Assembly: GCA_900553855.1 (NCBI GenBank)
Contig: USFG01000008.1
Location: 1,178-65,177 of the forward strand
DNA: 64,000 nt
Reading direction: 5' to 3'
From: an uncultured Mycoplasmatota bacterium
GTDB lineage: Bacteria; Bacillota_I; Bacilli_A; RF39; UBA660
Part shown: positions 9,176-17,688 of the stretch, piece by piece
How positions within the stretch are numbered: the stretch's first letter is position 1
Layout: each line of letters opens with the position of its first letter
Program-made: the position numbers and the translations under genes
The notes under the pieces: model-generated
The model's input: only the letters and a program-made list of their open reading frames with translations
Database searches by the model: none
Told to the model about the DNA's origin: nothing

Positions 9176-9898
9176 TTAATCCTTTACCAAATAATCAATA
9201 TATTTTCTTCTTTCAATCATATTTAAATCAATTTTTAATTCTTTCATCAAATTTAATAAGTTGTATGTATCTTTTTCAAAATTATCTATTTGATTAATTA
9301 CTTCTATTTCTATAAATAAACCAATGCTTTCAACATTATCAAATGAAAATTCATACTTATTTTCATATACGTATATGGTTCTTTCTTTAACAATTGTTCC
9401 TAATTCATTAACATTTAATTCCTGTAATATTTTATTTAGATTATTTAAATTATCAATTAAAACATCATATTTTTCATAATGAGAATTATTTATTTTCTTT
9501 TTTAAATTAAAGATACACTTTCCATTTTCATTTCTTGTTCTTAACCAACTATTTTTATCTTTTAATCTATAATAAGTATCAATTTGTTTAACAGTATTTT
9601 TGTATTTTGCTGTGTTTTTTACTAAATTTAATATTCTTTCATGTTCGCTTTTATCTACTTTTAGTTTTATTTCTATTTCATTATTATTTAAATTAATGTA
9701 ATCATCACTTATTAAATAATAGAAGCTTTTCTTAAAGTAATTTGATATTTTATAAATCATATTCAAATCTGGTGTTGTACGATTGTTTTCCCAACTAGAT
9801 ATTGTTTTTTCAGATATATGCAAAATATCAGCAAGTTCACTTTGTTTTAAATTATTTGATATTCTAATATTTTTTATTTTTTCTCCTAAACTTTCCAT
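9176..9898 (-). CDS. XRE-family HTH domain fused to a CYTH (CyaB/ThTPase-like triphosphate tunnel) domain
   Basis: N-terminus LKQSELADILHISEKTISSWENNRTTP (HTH_3). C-terminus carries the EIEIKLKV (ExExK) motif, WLRTRNENGK, and KERTIYVY..FSFDNVESIGLFIEIEV. Confidence 0.75.
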   Translation of the reverse strand: MESLGEKIKNIRISNNLKQSELADILHISEKTISSWENNRTTPDLNMIYKISNYFKKSFYYLISDDYINLNNNEIEIKLKVDKSEHERILNLVKNTAKYKNTVKQIDTYYRLKDKNSWLRTRNENGKCIFNLKKKINNSHYEKYDVLIDNLNNLNKILQELNVNELGTIVKERTIYVYENKYEFSFDNVESIGLFIEIEVINQIDNFEKDTYNLLNLMKELKIDLNMIERRKYIDYLVKD

Positions 9899-10011
9899 GT
9901 TATCTCCCTTTCATTTACATTTTATCATAGGTTATTTTAAATATTGCTCTATTTTATGTAGAGTTTATTCTTTAAGCAAAAAAACTGCTAGATTTTTTCT
10001 AACAGTTTACA

Positions 10012-11091
10012 TTATTTCTTTTTTATTTTACTAATTATTAAACTAATAAATGGGATCAAAACGTCGACATATAAATATGGATATTGGAATTTATAGAATA
10101 AATAATTAAATATACATAATAAGATTCCAAATATTTCAAGTAATATTAATATTCTTTTATCTAATAAGTTTATTACGGGGATTAATATTGTTCCAATTAG
10201 CAATAATACTGACAGACCAATTAAAACATAGACTATATTATTTAATAATTTTGCGTTTGTTTCTGTTGTGTTTTTACGAGCATTTTCAACTTCTTTTATC
10301 TTGTCTAATGCATCAATATTTGATTTATTTAGCATCATATCTATACCAACAAAATCTTGAGGCATTGTCATTCTTACATTAAATTCAGATACTTTATCAA
10401 ATTCACCATATAAACCAACTTTTGATTCATTAGAGTTTACTATTTCATGAAACACGCTATTTCTAGGCCCATGAATCCAGATATTATATTCGTCTTCATC
10501 TTCTTTTGTTACTGGATATGGTGTGATTATTCTAACTATTGTTTTATCAGCATTTAAATTTAAATTTTTAAATGTATAATTAAGTTCCTTAATATCGTTA
10601 TGTTTAACAACTGCATTATTTACAGTGTATTCAATGTATAACGCAATATTATCTTCTGATGGATATAATATTTTTAAATCACCAGTACCATTTTTATTAT
10701 CTTTGTATGAATATCCTTCTTTACTAGGATTCTTTAAATCAAATTCTTTTAATGCACTAGTTTCATCACGGTTTAAATTGTTAATATCAATTTTATCGGT
10801 TAATTTAAATGCAGATACTTTGTTTATACTAACACTTGGAGCATTATAAAATGATGATCCTTCGAAGTCAACAGCTTCTTTACCATCAAATGCTTTTGTT
10901 CCAAAACTGTAATAATTTAGTTTTCTATTTAAATAATCTATTTTTCCTTCAACCACAATTAATTCTTTTACTTTTATTGCACCTGCTATTTCTACTTCTG
11001 TATCTATTATATGATTAGTTACTTTATAATCATTTGCATAAACAGATAAAGGTATTAATAACATTACAATAAATATTAATACTTTTTTCAT
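10012..11091 (-). CDS. DUF2207-like membrane protein (signal peptide, extracellular domain, C-terminal TMs)
   Basis: Start moved to MKKVLIF, which is preceded by AAGGTGG. Signal peptide, then about 270 aa extracellular, then 3 TM segments. The family call is tentative. Confidence 0.45.
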   Translation of the reverse strand: MKKVLIFIVMLLIPLSVYANDYKVTNHIIDTEVEIAGAIKVKELIVVEGKIDYLNRKLNYYSFGTKAFDGKEAVDFEGSSFYNAPSVSINKVSAFKLTDKIDINNLNRDETSALKEFDLKNPSKEGYSYKDNKNGTGDLKILYPSEDNIALYIEYTVNNAVVKHNDIKELNYTFKNLNLNADKTIVRIITPYPVTKEDEDEYNIWIHGPRNSVFHEIVNSNESKVGLYGEFDKVSEFNVRMTMPQDFVGIDMMLNKSNIDALDKIKEVENARKNTTETNAKLLNNIVYVLIGLSVLLLIGTILIPVINLLDKRILILLEIFGILLCIFNYLFYKFQYPYLYVDVLIPFISLIISKIKKK

Positions 11092-11121
11092 TTCTACCAC
11101 CTTACTCACTAATTCTAACAT

Positions 11122-11316
11122 TTATATTTTGGGATGTAAAGTGTACATTAGAATTAAAATAGATGGAATTATCATTAATGTTTCGAAATGAGTTACTATT
11201 GTTATCAAATATCTTAAAAATCCATCTATGTATAATTCATTTAAAAAAAATATATAAAACGATATACTATAACTAATGAGAAATAGGCAAATTATAATTT
11301 TTAATAGTTTTATCAT
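11122..11316 (-). CDS. small hydrophobic protein
   Basis: 64-aa ORF with two predicted TM segments. Its stop abuts the next gene. Confidence 0.4.
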   Translation of the reverse strand: MIKLLKIIICLFLISYSISFYIFFLNELYIDGFLRYLITIVTHFETLMIIPSILILMYTLHPKI

Positions 11317-11387
11317 ATTAAATTATATTAATAATGCTTGTATTTATACATATTTTTATAAAATTATTAAAAATAGTAAAAAAATAA

Positions 11388-11416
11388 TTGCACTCTAAAA
11401 TAATTTATGATATATT
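11388..11416 (+). promoter_or_regulatory. sigma-A-type promoter for the tRNA pair
   Basis: TTGCAC (11388-93), 17 nt spacer, TGaTATATT extended -10 (-10 at 11411-16). It lies 13 nt upstream of the tRNA 5' end. Confidence 0.55.
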
Positions 11417-11429
11417 TAAGAAGTGTTAA

Positions 11430-11506
11430 GGATCTTTAGCTCAGTTGGTTAGAGCATCCGGCTCATAACCGGGCGGTCGTAGGTTCGAGTCCTACAAGAT
11501 CCACCA
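11430..11506 (+). tRNA. elongator tRNA with CAT anticodon (Met or lysidine-dependent Ile2)
   Basis: Hand-folded cloverleaf: acceptor GGATCTT/AAGATCC, anticodon loop CTCATAA, T-arm GTAGG-TTCGAGT-CCTAC, encoded CCA. G1-C72 is paired, so it is not an initiator. Confidence 0.9.
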
Positions 11507-11515
11507 TTTTTTTAT

Positions 11516-11600
11516 GCAGGTATGGCGGAATTGGCAGACGCGCTAGACTTAGGATCTAGTGGATACATCCGTGCAGGTTCAAGTCCTGTTACCTGCACCA
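11516..11600 (+). tRNA. tRNA-Leu (TAG)
   Basis: Acceptor GCAGGTA/TACCTGC, anticodon stem CTAGA/TCTAG with loop CTTAGGA, long variable arm, T-loop TTCAAGT, encoded CCA. Confidence 0.9.
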
Positions 11601-11616
11601 TACTTTTGACAAAATT

Positions 11617-11647
11617 AAAGAATGTTCTATTATATTGAACATTCTTT
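11617..11647. terminator. bidirectional intrinsic terminator
   Basis: Perfect 11-bp stem AAAGAATGTTC/GAACATTCTTT with a 9-nt loop. T-rich on both sides. Lies between the tRNA-Leu 3' end and the stop of 11648..12058. Confidence 0.7.
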
Positions 11648-12058
11648 TTATATTTTTCTTAATGAATTAATTTCTTCTCTTGATGAATTTTCTAGAATTT
11701 CATTTTGAACATTGCCAAAGCAATAATAATACAGTTCTTTTAAATTATCAAACATTTTATTTGAATCTCCCAATTCTGTACATTTACTATAATTTTCAGC
11801 AAAACTAGGCTCTTCAATTATTTTTATTTCGTAATCACTTAATTTTGATTCTTTAAGCAAATCTTTTAACATTTTATTGTTACTACCAGGCATTTGTTTA
11901 ATACCTCTCATATTCATATAGATTTGTTTTATTATTTTTAAAATACTATAATAGATATAATAAAAATATTCGGTACCAATTAAATCATGTAAGTCATCAA
12001 TACTTTTATTTACAATTAAAAATGATTTCAAATCATTGTTTCCATTAGATTCTTTCAT
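11648..12058 (-). CDS. hypothetical protein
   Basis: 136-aa ORF with a GGGGGA RBS, 34 nt after the preceding gene. No motif recognised. Confidence 0.55.
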   Translation of the reverse strand: MKESNGNNDLKSFLIVNKSIDDLHDLIGTEYFYYIYYSILKIIKQIYMNMRGIKQMPGSNNKMLKDLLKESKLSDYEIKIIEEPSFAENYSKCTELGDSNKMFDNLKELYYYCFGNVQNEILENSSREEINSLRKI

Positions 12059-12092
12059 AATATATTTTCCCCCATTATTCTTATTTTTAATA

Positions 12093-12518
12093 TTAATGTT
12101 TATTATCTTGTAACATATTTAATAAATCAATTTTAAACATATCTTTTTCAGCATTTGCTTTACTAATCATTACGCCTTTATATGTTGTTAATTCGGCCAT
12201 ATGTCCTTCTAATAATATATCAGATGGAGTTATAGTATCTAACATAACAACATTCTCTTTTTTATAAACAATGTAATGTAATTTAATATCACCGTGAACT
12301 TGACTAAACATATGATCACTCTTAAGTTTTAATTCATATGTTTCAGTTCCTTTAGCTTTATTCTTAGAAACTAGTTCTCCTAAAAAATTACCATTTCTTA
12401 ATGCTGGATAAAAACTAAAGTTTAACTCTTTAAAAGCAAGCATATTATATTTTTTTAATGCTCTTTCTAATTTCTTATATTCATTTTCATTTATATAATC
12501 TAAGATATATCCTTTCAT
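12093..12518 (-). CDS. hypothetical protein (weak RelE/ParE-like pattern)
   Basis: Start moved to MKGYILDY, with a GGGGG RBS 8 nt upstream. The track's TTG start is the -35 box of its promoter. YELKLKSDH...IKLHYIVYKKENVVMLDTI loosely recalls the RelE/ParE core. Confidence 0.55.
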   Translation of the reverse strand: MKGYILDYINENEYKKLERALKKYNMLAFKELNFSFYPALRNGNFLGELVSKNKAKGTETYELKLKSDHMFSQVHGDIKLHYIVYKKENVVMLDTITPSDILLEGHMAELTTYKGVMISKANAEKDMFKIDLLNMLQDNKH

Positions 12519-12552
12519 TTCTAAAACCCCCATATCCCTTATTTGTATATGT

Positions 12553-12581
12553 ATTTTAGCATATATTTTATTAAATGTCAA
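12553..12581 (-). promoter_or_regulatory. near-consensus sigma-A promoter
   Basis: Minus strand: TTGACA, 17 nt spacer, TGcTAAAAT. Confidence 0.6.
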
Positions 12582-12626
12582 ATCATTTGTTCGTAAAATT
12601 CATATTTTTTGTGATATTTTATTTGA

Positions 12627-14942
12627 CTATTTACTTTTTATTATTCTTTTTTCTGTTCTTATTTTGTCTGTTTTATATTTTTTTAAAACTTTTACAAAAA
12701 ATTCTATTGCTTCGTCATAAGATATCATGACGTATGAAAAGCATGAAAGTATTCCAATATTATTACCATTGATTTCAATTTTTGAACGATTTAAACGTGC
12801 AATAGTTCCATTTTGGAATAAAATTGACATATTACTAAATAATTCTAACCAAACATTCATAAAATTCATTTTACGTGAATATCCTAATGATGCTAATCTG
12901 CTGTCTTCATCATCTATAACATCTATAATTGATCTAAATGTTTTTTTAAAGTAAAAATTCATTTTTTCTTCACTATAATCTAATATCTCTTCTCTTAAGA
13001 TAAACATTGCACCTATTTTTGCAAATATTTTTTTAATGTAATCATAACTCATAAATCCAGTTTCTTTATTAATAGTTGCATATTTAACTTGATATTGTTT
13101 TGCATTAGAACTAACATCAGAATCCATTTCATATTTATCATTATAAAAATTCATTTTTAATGGCTTAATAGGTAACAATACTTTAGTATGCATTACATTA
13201 TCATCTTTGGCAAGATCAGAAGAAATTTGTATATTCATTGTTTCAACGTTGCCATTAATAATCAATATTCTATCGTCTTTTTGAGAATATTTGATATCTA
13301 ATTCATCAATATTATTATTAATAATTAATGGTCCATTACCGTAATCATAATAATTTATTAAAATATTTATATGCTTACTTAAAATATGTTCTGGAAAAAT
13401 ATTAAAATCAATATCACATAAAGAAGAATATAATTTAATGGTTTGCTCATATGCTTTATAATCATTAATTATATTAATTAATAAAGTATAAGTTTCTTTC
13501 TTATTAGTATCAGAATCAATAGATGCATCATTATTAGATCTGTTTGAAATATTAAGCAATTCATTTTTAAGCTGTTCTTCAGTTATATCATTTTTGGATA
13601 AATAGTTATTTACTCCTATTAACAGCTTGTAAAAATCTTTTACCACTAAATTACGTTTCAAGTAACTTACATAAATAGATTTTTTATCAGCAAAATAATC
13701 ATTAAATCCGCTTTCATAATCTAATGATAATAATAACTTTAAATTAAAATTTATTATCTTTTCGGTAATTGGAAGGTTATCAAAATAATTAGAAAAAAAA
13801 CTAATGTTAGAAGAGTTTGATAAATTCCAATAATCTTTATCATATTTTTCAAATATAGTCATTAAAATATTAACTATATCTTCTGAATATTGTTTATTTC
13901 CTTTAAATATTGGCGATTGTTTCAATTTTAATAAGACTAATTTGAAATCAATTATTGACCTATAAAATTCTTTTTCATTATTATCCGTAATAGAATTATA
14001 ATATCTACTAAAATTAAAATAACTAAATGAGGGGAAATAAGTATAAACATTGAATATTATTTGATATAAATCTTCAAAGTCTTCTTTGGTTAATTTGTTT
14101 CTGCCATACTTATTAAAGATATTGTAATACATTTTTATTTTCTTTAAATTATCAATTACATTTATTTGCACAACCATATTTTCTATTTCACTATTCGCAA
14201 TTAAATCTAGTTGTTCTTTTAATTTATCTATTAAATCTTTATTTTCATATATAAATTTATCTATAAGTATTTCGATATATGTTGTTTTGTCTGTATTTGT
14301 CAAATTATCATCTAAATTAATTGAAGTGTTAAATAAATCTTTATAATCTTTCTCTACTTCGATATATCTATCATTTAATTCTTTTTCTGTTGGTTCATCT
14401 ATATTTTTAGGATAGTTTGCAATGGCACAGGCGCAGTAATCAGTTATTTTTTGATTAGCAATAATAAGCATATTGTTTATAATGTTCATTTGATGATCTA
14501 AAGCTTTTAATATGTTTATTTTTCTTTTGCCTAAGACATATAACCCCATATGTTTAGCAAGATGTTTTTTATCTTTTCTTAATTCGTTTAAGGCAATATA
14601 TTTATATTTTAAAGTATTATTTATTTCCGTTATTTTATGAGAATAATATATTAATTTTTTACTATCTATTATTGAATTAACAATATTACCAAAATGGTCA
14701 TTATACATAATATCTAGGGCTAATTCTTGATACGTTTTTATTTCATTAAATAGTTCATTATCTAAATTAATATGATTATCTTCAGTATCATAAAAGTTTA
14801 GATATTCTTCTTTTAATTTATTAACATATTCTTGTTCTTCAGTAGTTAATTCTTCATATGTAGGCATTTTAGAATAGGCATTATTAACTATATCTGTATT
14901 ATATATCTTATTTTTCTTTTTAAATAAATTATTCCAAAACAT
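12627..14942 (-). CDS. large hypothetical protein (771 aa), no recognisable domain
   Basis: Long uninterrupted ORF. Start moved to MFWNNLF, 6-7 nt after AAAGGGGA. The track's extension to 15023 covers its own promoter. Confidence 0.7.
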   Translation of the reverse strand: MFWNNLFKKKNKIYNTDIVNNAYSKMPTYEELTTEEQEYVNKLKEEYLNFYDTEDNHINLDNELFNEIKTYQELALDIMYNDHFGNIVNSIIDSKKLIYYSHKITEINNTLKYKYIALNELRKDKKHLAKHMGLYVLGKRKINILKALDHQMNIINNMLIIANQKITDYCACAIANYPKNIDEPTEKELNDRYIEVEKDYKDLFNTSINLDDNLTNTDKTTYIEILIDKFIYENKDLIDKLKEQLDLIANSEIENMVVQINVIDNLKKIKMYYNIFNKYGRNKLTKEDFEDLYQIIFNVYTYFPSFSYFNFSRYYNSITDNNEKEFYRSIIDFKLVLLKLKQSPIFKGNKQYSEDIVNILMTIFEKYDKDYWNLSNSSNISFFSNYFDNLPITEKIINFNLKLLLSLDYESGFNDYFADKKSIYVSYLKRNLVVKDFYKLLIGVNNYLSKNDITEEQLKNELLNISNRSNNDASIDSDTNKKETYTLLINIINDYKAYEQTIKLYSSLCDIDFNIFPEHILSKHINILINYYDYGNGPLIINNNIDELDIKYSQKDDRILIINGNVETMNIQISSDLAKDDNVMHTKVLLPIKPLKMNFYNDKYEMDSDVSSNAKQYQVKYATINKETGFMSYDYIKKIFAKIGAMFILREEILDYSEEKMNFYFKKTFRSIIDVIDDEDSRLASLGYSRKMNFMNVWLELFSNMSILFQNGTIARLNRSKIEINGNNIGILSCFSYVMISYDEAIEFFVKVLKKYKTDKIRTEKRIIKSK

Positions 14943-14967
14943 ATACATTCCCCTTTTATTAGGGTTT

Positions 14968-14996
14968 ATTCTAGCATAAAAGCAAAATTTATGCAA
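14968..14996 (-). promoter_or_regulatory. sigma-A-type promoter of the 771-aa gene
   Basis: Minus strand: TTGCAT, 17 nt spacer, TAGAAT, followed by the AAAGGGGA RBS. Confidence 0.5.
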
Positions 14997-15057
14997 ACAT
15001 TTTTTTGACTTTTGCTTATTCATTAATTATTATTAAATATTTATCATATTAATTAAT

Positions 15058-15414
15058 ATGAATAAAAATATAAGTAGCCAACTATTTGATGTTGAAAAAG
15101 AAAATATTATTTGGTTAATATATCTTTTTATAATTGGAGCAAATTTTATTAGTAATTATTTTGAAGAAAAATATCTTTATACGGTCGATGAAAAGTATCG
15201 TAAAATTTTTAGATATATAAATATTCTTGTTTTGTTTATTGCGTTATGCATATATATTTATACTACTTATGTTACTTATAAAAACACAAAAAAAGATTCC
15301 CCAACTTATAGGAAACTTTTATTACTTGCAAGTATATGTATTTTAATAGGTGGTGCAATTTACTTATATGTTGAAGTGTATAAGAATGCAAATCCTGAAA
15401 TAGATATTATTTAA
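15058..15414 (+). CDS. small membrane protein
   Basis: 118 aa with 3 hydrophobic segments. Its 3' end overlaps the convergent flp gene by 8 nt. Confidence 0.45.
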   Translation: MNKNISSQLFDVEKENIIWLIYLFIIGANFISNYFEEKYLYTVDEKYRKIFRYINILVLFIALCIYIYTTYVTYKNTKKDSPTYRKLLLLASICILIGGAIYLYVEVYKNANPEIDII

Positions 15415-15634
15415 ACATATCCTCTAGAGATGTATCTTTACTAACACATTCGCCTTCTCCAGGTTTATCACCTTGTTTATAATCTTCTCCAATTAGAGAA
15501 CAACCTGTCTTAGTCATTGCATCTTTTAGATATCCTCCAAAATATGAAACTAGTCCTACTACTAATACTGTAACTAATCCAATGATTACTACATATTCTA
15601 CTAAGGCTTGACCACGATTATTTATTTTTTTCAT
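15407..15634 (-). CDS. flp: Flp/Fap-family type IVb prepilin
   Basis: 75 aa. MKKINNRGQALVEYVVIIGLVTVLVVGLV fits the G/xxxxEY processing motif plus a hydrophobic helix. RBS is AGGGTGA. Confidence 0.7.
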   Translation of the reverse strand: MKKINNRGQALVEYVVIIGLVTVLVVGLVSYFGGYLKDAMTKTGCSLIGEDYKQGDKPGEGECVSKDTSLEDMFK

Positions 15635-15651
15635 ATTTTCACCCTATCATT

Positions 15652-15681
15652 ATTATCGCACTAATTTTGCTTTTTTGTCAA
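15652..15681 (-). promoter_or_regulatory. candidate flp promoter
   Basis: Minus strand: TTGACA, 18 nt spacer, TGcGATAAT. Overlaps a divergent TTGCTT-17-TATAAT on the plus strand (15667-15695). Confidence 0.45.
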
Positions 15682-15711
15682 TTATTATATATAATGTAAT
15701 TGTGATTGATT

Positions 15712-15996
15712 ATGAAGATTGTAAAAGCAAATTCTTTTTTTATGAAATTTAAAGGATTAATGTTTAAAAAAAATGTTAATTATGGAATGTTATTTTATAA
15801 AACTAATATGATTCATACATTCTTTATGAGAATTAATATTGATATTTATGGTTTAGATGATAATTTGATTATTATAGAAAAAAGAAAAAATATTAAACCA
15901 TGTAGTGTAGTTGTATTAAAAAATAGTAAAAATACTTTAGAAATACCTTCTTCATTAGATTATGAGATGAATATTGGAGATAGGATTAAATTTTAG
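15712..15996 (+). CDS. DUF192 (COG1430) family protein
   Basis: KGLMFKK..GMLF..IHTFFMR..IDIYGLDDN...LEIP...IGDRIKF fits the DUF192 pattern. ATG at 15712; the track starts at the TTG at 15706. Confidence 0.6.
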   Translation: MKIVKANSFFMKFKGLMFKKNVNYGMLFYKTNMIHTFFMRINIDIYGLDDNLIIIEKRKNIKPCSVVVLKNSKNTLEIPSSLDYEMNIGDRIKF

Positions 15997-16056
15997 TATT
16001 TATCTTTTTTTAAATTTTTGCTAAAATATATCGTGTTATGAAAGGGGCATAAATTT

Positions 16057-16608
16057 ATGAAGTTACCTAATATTAAAATTTTAGATGAGTCAAATAAGAT
16101 TTTACATGAAAAATCTGAAGATGTTGTTTTTCCTTTAGATAGTAAAACTAAAAAACTTATTGATGATTCTTTAACATATTTAGAAATGAGTCAAATTGAA
16201 GAATATTCTGAAAAATATGATTTAAGACCGGGAATGGGACTTTCTTTTGTTCAAATCGGGATTAAAAAAAGAATATTTGTTATTTCAGAAGAACTAGATG
16301 ATGGTAAATTTAGAAGATATGTTGTTATTAATCCGAAAATTATTAGTAAAAGTGAGGAATTAATATACGTAGGCGAAGGTGAAGGTTGTTTATCAGTAAA
16401 TCGTGAAGTTGAAGGCATTGTTCCAAGATATGCTAGAATTACTGTTGCGGCTTTTGATGAAAATGGAAATCCTTTTACTATAAGAGTTCGTGAAGATATT
16501 TCGGTTGCATTTCAACATGAAATTGATCATTTAAATGGTATTTTATTTGTAGATAAAATTGATAAAAAGAATCCATATAAAAATAAAAATCTAATGAGAG
16601 AAATATAA
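16057..16608 (+). CDS. def: peptide deformylase
   Basis: Motifs GLSFVQIG, EGCLS and HEIDHLNG. Confidence 0.93.
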   Translation: MKLPNIKILDESNKILHEKSEDVVFPLDSKTKKLIDDSLTYLEMSQIEEYSEKYDLRPGMGLSFVQIGIKKRIFVISEELDDGKFRRYVVINPKIISKSEELIYVGEGEGCLSVNREVEGIVPRYARITVAAFDENGNPFTIRVREDISVAFQHEIDHLNGILFVDKIDKKNPYKNKNLMREI

Positions 16609-16626
16609 TCATTAGATTTTTTTCTT

Positions 16627-17679
16627 TTAAGTTAATCTTATAATATCTTGAATTGTTATATATACCATTAAAAGCATTAATAGAATGAATCCAACTGAAT
16701 GGAAGACATTCTCAACTTCTGGTTTTACTTTGCTTCCTTTAATTGCTTCTATTATTACAAACAATACTCTTCCTCCATCAAATGCTGGAAATGGAATTGC
16801 ATTAATAACTGCTAAATTTATACTTAAATATGATGTTAGATATAAAAGTTGTCTAAATGTTCCAGCACTCTTAACAACAGTATACATACCAACGGGTCCA
16901 GATAACGCTGATAAAGATAATTTACCGGTAAATAAATTAATTATTATTAGTAACATTGTAGATACAATACTACCTAACTTGGTAAAGGCAAATTTTAATG
17001 AGGGTAAGAATCCTCTTATTTCTTTATCTCCAACTCCAATACCAAATACTTTAGTTTCTGTACCATCTTCATTTATTTTGCTTAATGGGGTTATTTGATA
17101 ACTTTTAATAGTACCATCTTTCTTCTCAATTTCAAATTCAGTATAAGATTTATCATTTTTATAACTCATTATTAATGTTACTTTATCCCAAGTATTTACT
17201 TTATAACCATTTATTTTGGTAATTTTATCACCGACTTCAATGCCTGCTTCAGCAATAGGATAACCTTCTGGAGCATAACCTACTATTGATTTTTGTTCTG
17301 TATGTCCCCAAATAAGTGATTGAACAAATAGTAGAACTAATGCTAGTAAAATATTCATTGTTACTCCGGCTAATAATATTATTACTCTTTCTAATTTAGA
17401 ACGATTACACATGTATTCATTCTTTTTTATTTTTTTATTTTCTTCGTCTTCAATAACTTCTCCAGCCATTGCACAAAATCCACCAATTGGTAATAATCTA
17501 ATGGAATATTCGGTTGGATCGTTTTTATTTTTTCTTTTAAATGAGTAAATTTTAGGTCCCATTCCAATAGCAAATTCATTAACATAAACTCCTATTTTTT
17601 TGGCTGTAATAAAGTGTCCAAATTCGTGAACAAACACTAAAACTCCTAAAATTAATATTAAATATATAATTGATAACAT
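16627..17679 (-). CDS. rseP: RIP zinc metalloprotease RseP/RasP (M50, with PDZ)
   Basis: HEFGHF, a PDZ segment, and NLAVINAIPFPAFDGGRV. Confidence 0.9.
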   Translation of the reverse strand: MLSIIYLILILGVLVFVHEFGHFITAKKIGVYVNEFAIGMGPKIYSFKRKNKNDPTEYSIRLLPIGGFCAMAGEVIEDEENKKIKKNEYMCNRSKLERVIILLAGVTMNILLALVLLFVQSLIWGHTEQKSIVGYAPEGYPIAEAGIEVGDKITKINGYKVNTWDKVTLIMSYKNDKSYTEFEIEKKDGTIKSYQITPLSKINEDGTETKVFGIGVGDKEIRGFLPSLKFAFTKLGSIVSTMLLIIINLFTGKLSLSALSGPVGMYTVVKSAGTFRQLLYLTSYLSINLAVINAIPFPAFDGGRVLFVIIEAIKGSKVKPEVENVFHSVGFILLMLLMVYITIQDIIRLT

Positions 17680-17688
17680 TGTTTCCTC

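Noticed and set aside
11430-15057. Possible integrated mobile island at the tRNA-Leu 3' end.
   Set aside because: There is no integrase or recombinase, and I found no direct repeat of the tRNA 3' end near 15.0 kb. Composition is not visibly different from the flanks. I kept it only as an orphan-gene finding.
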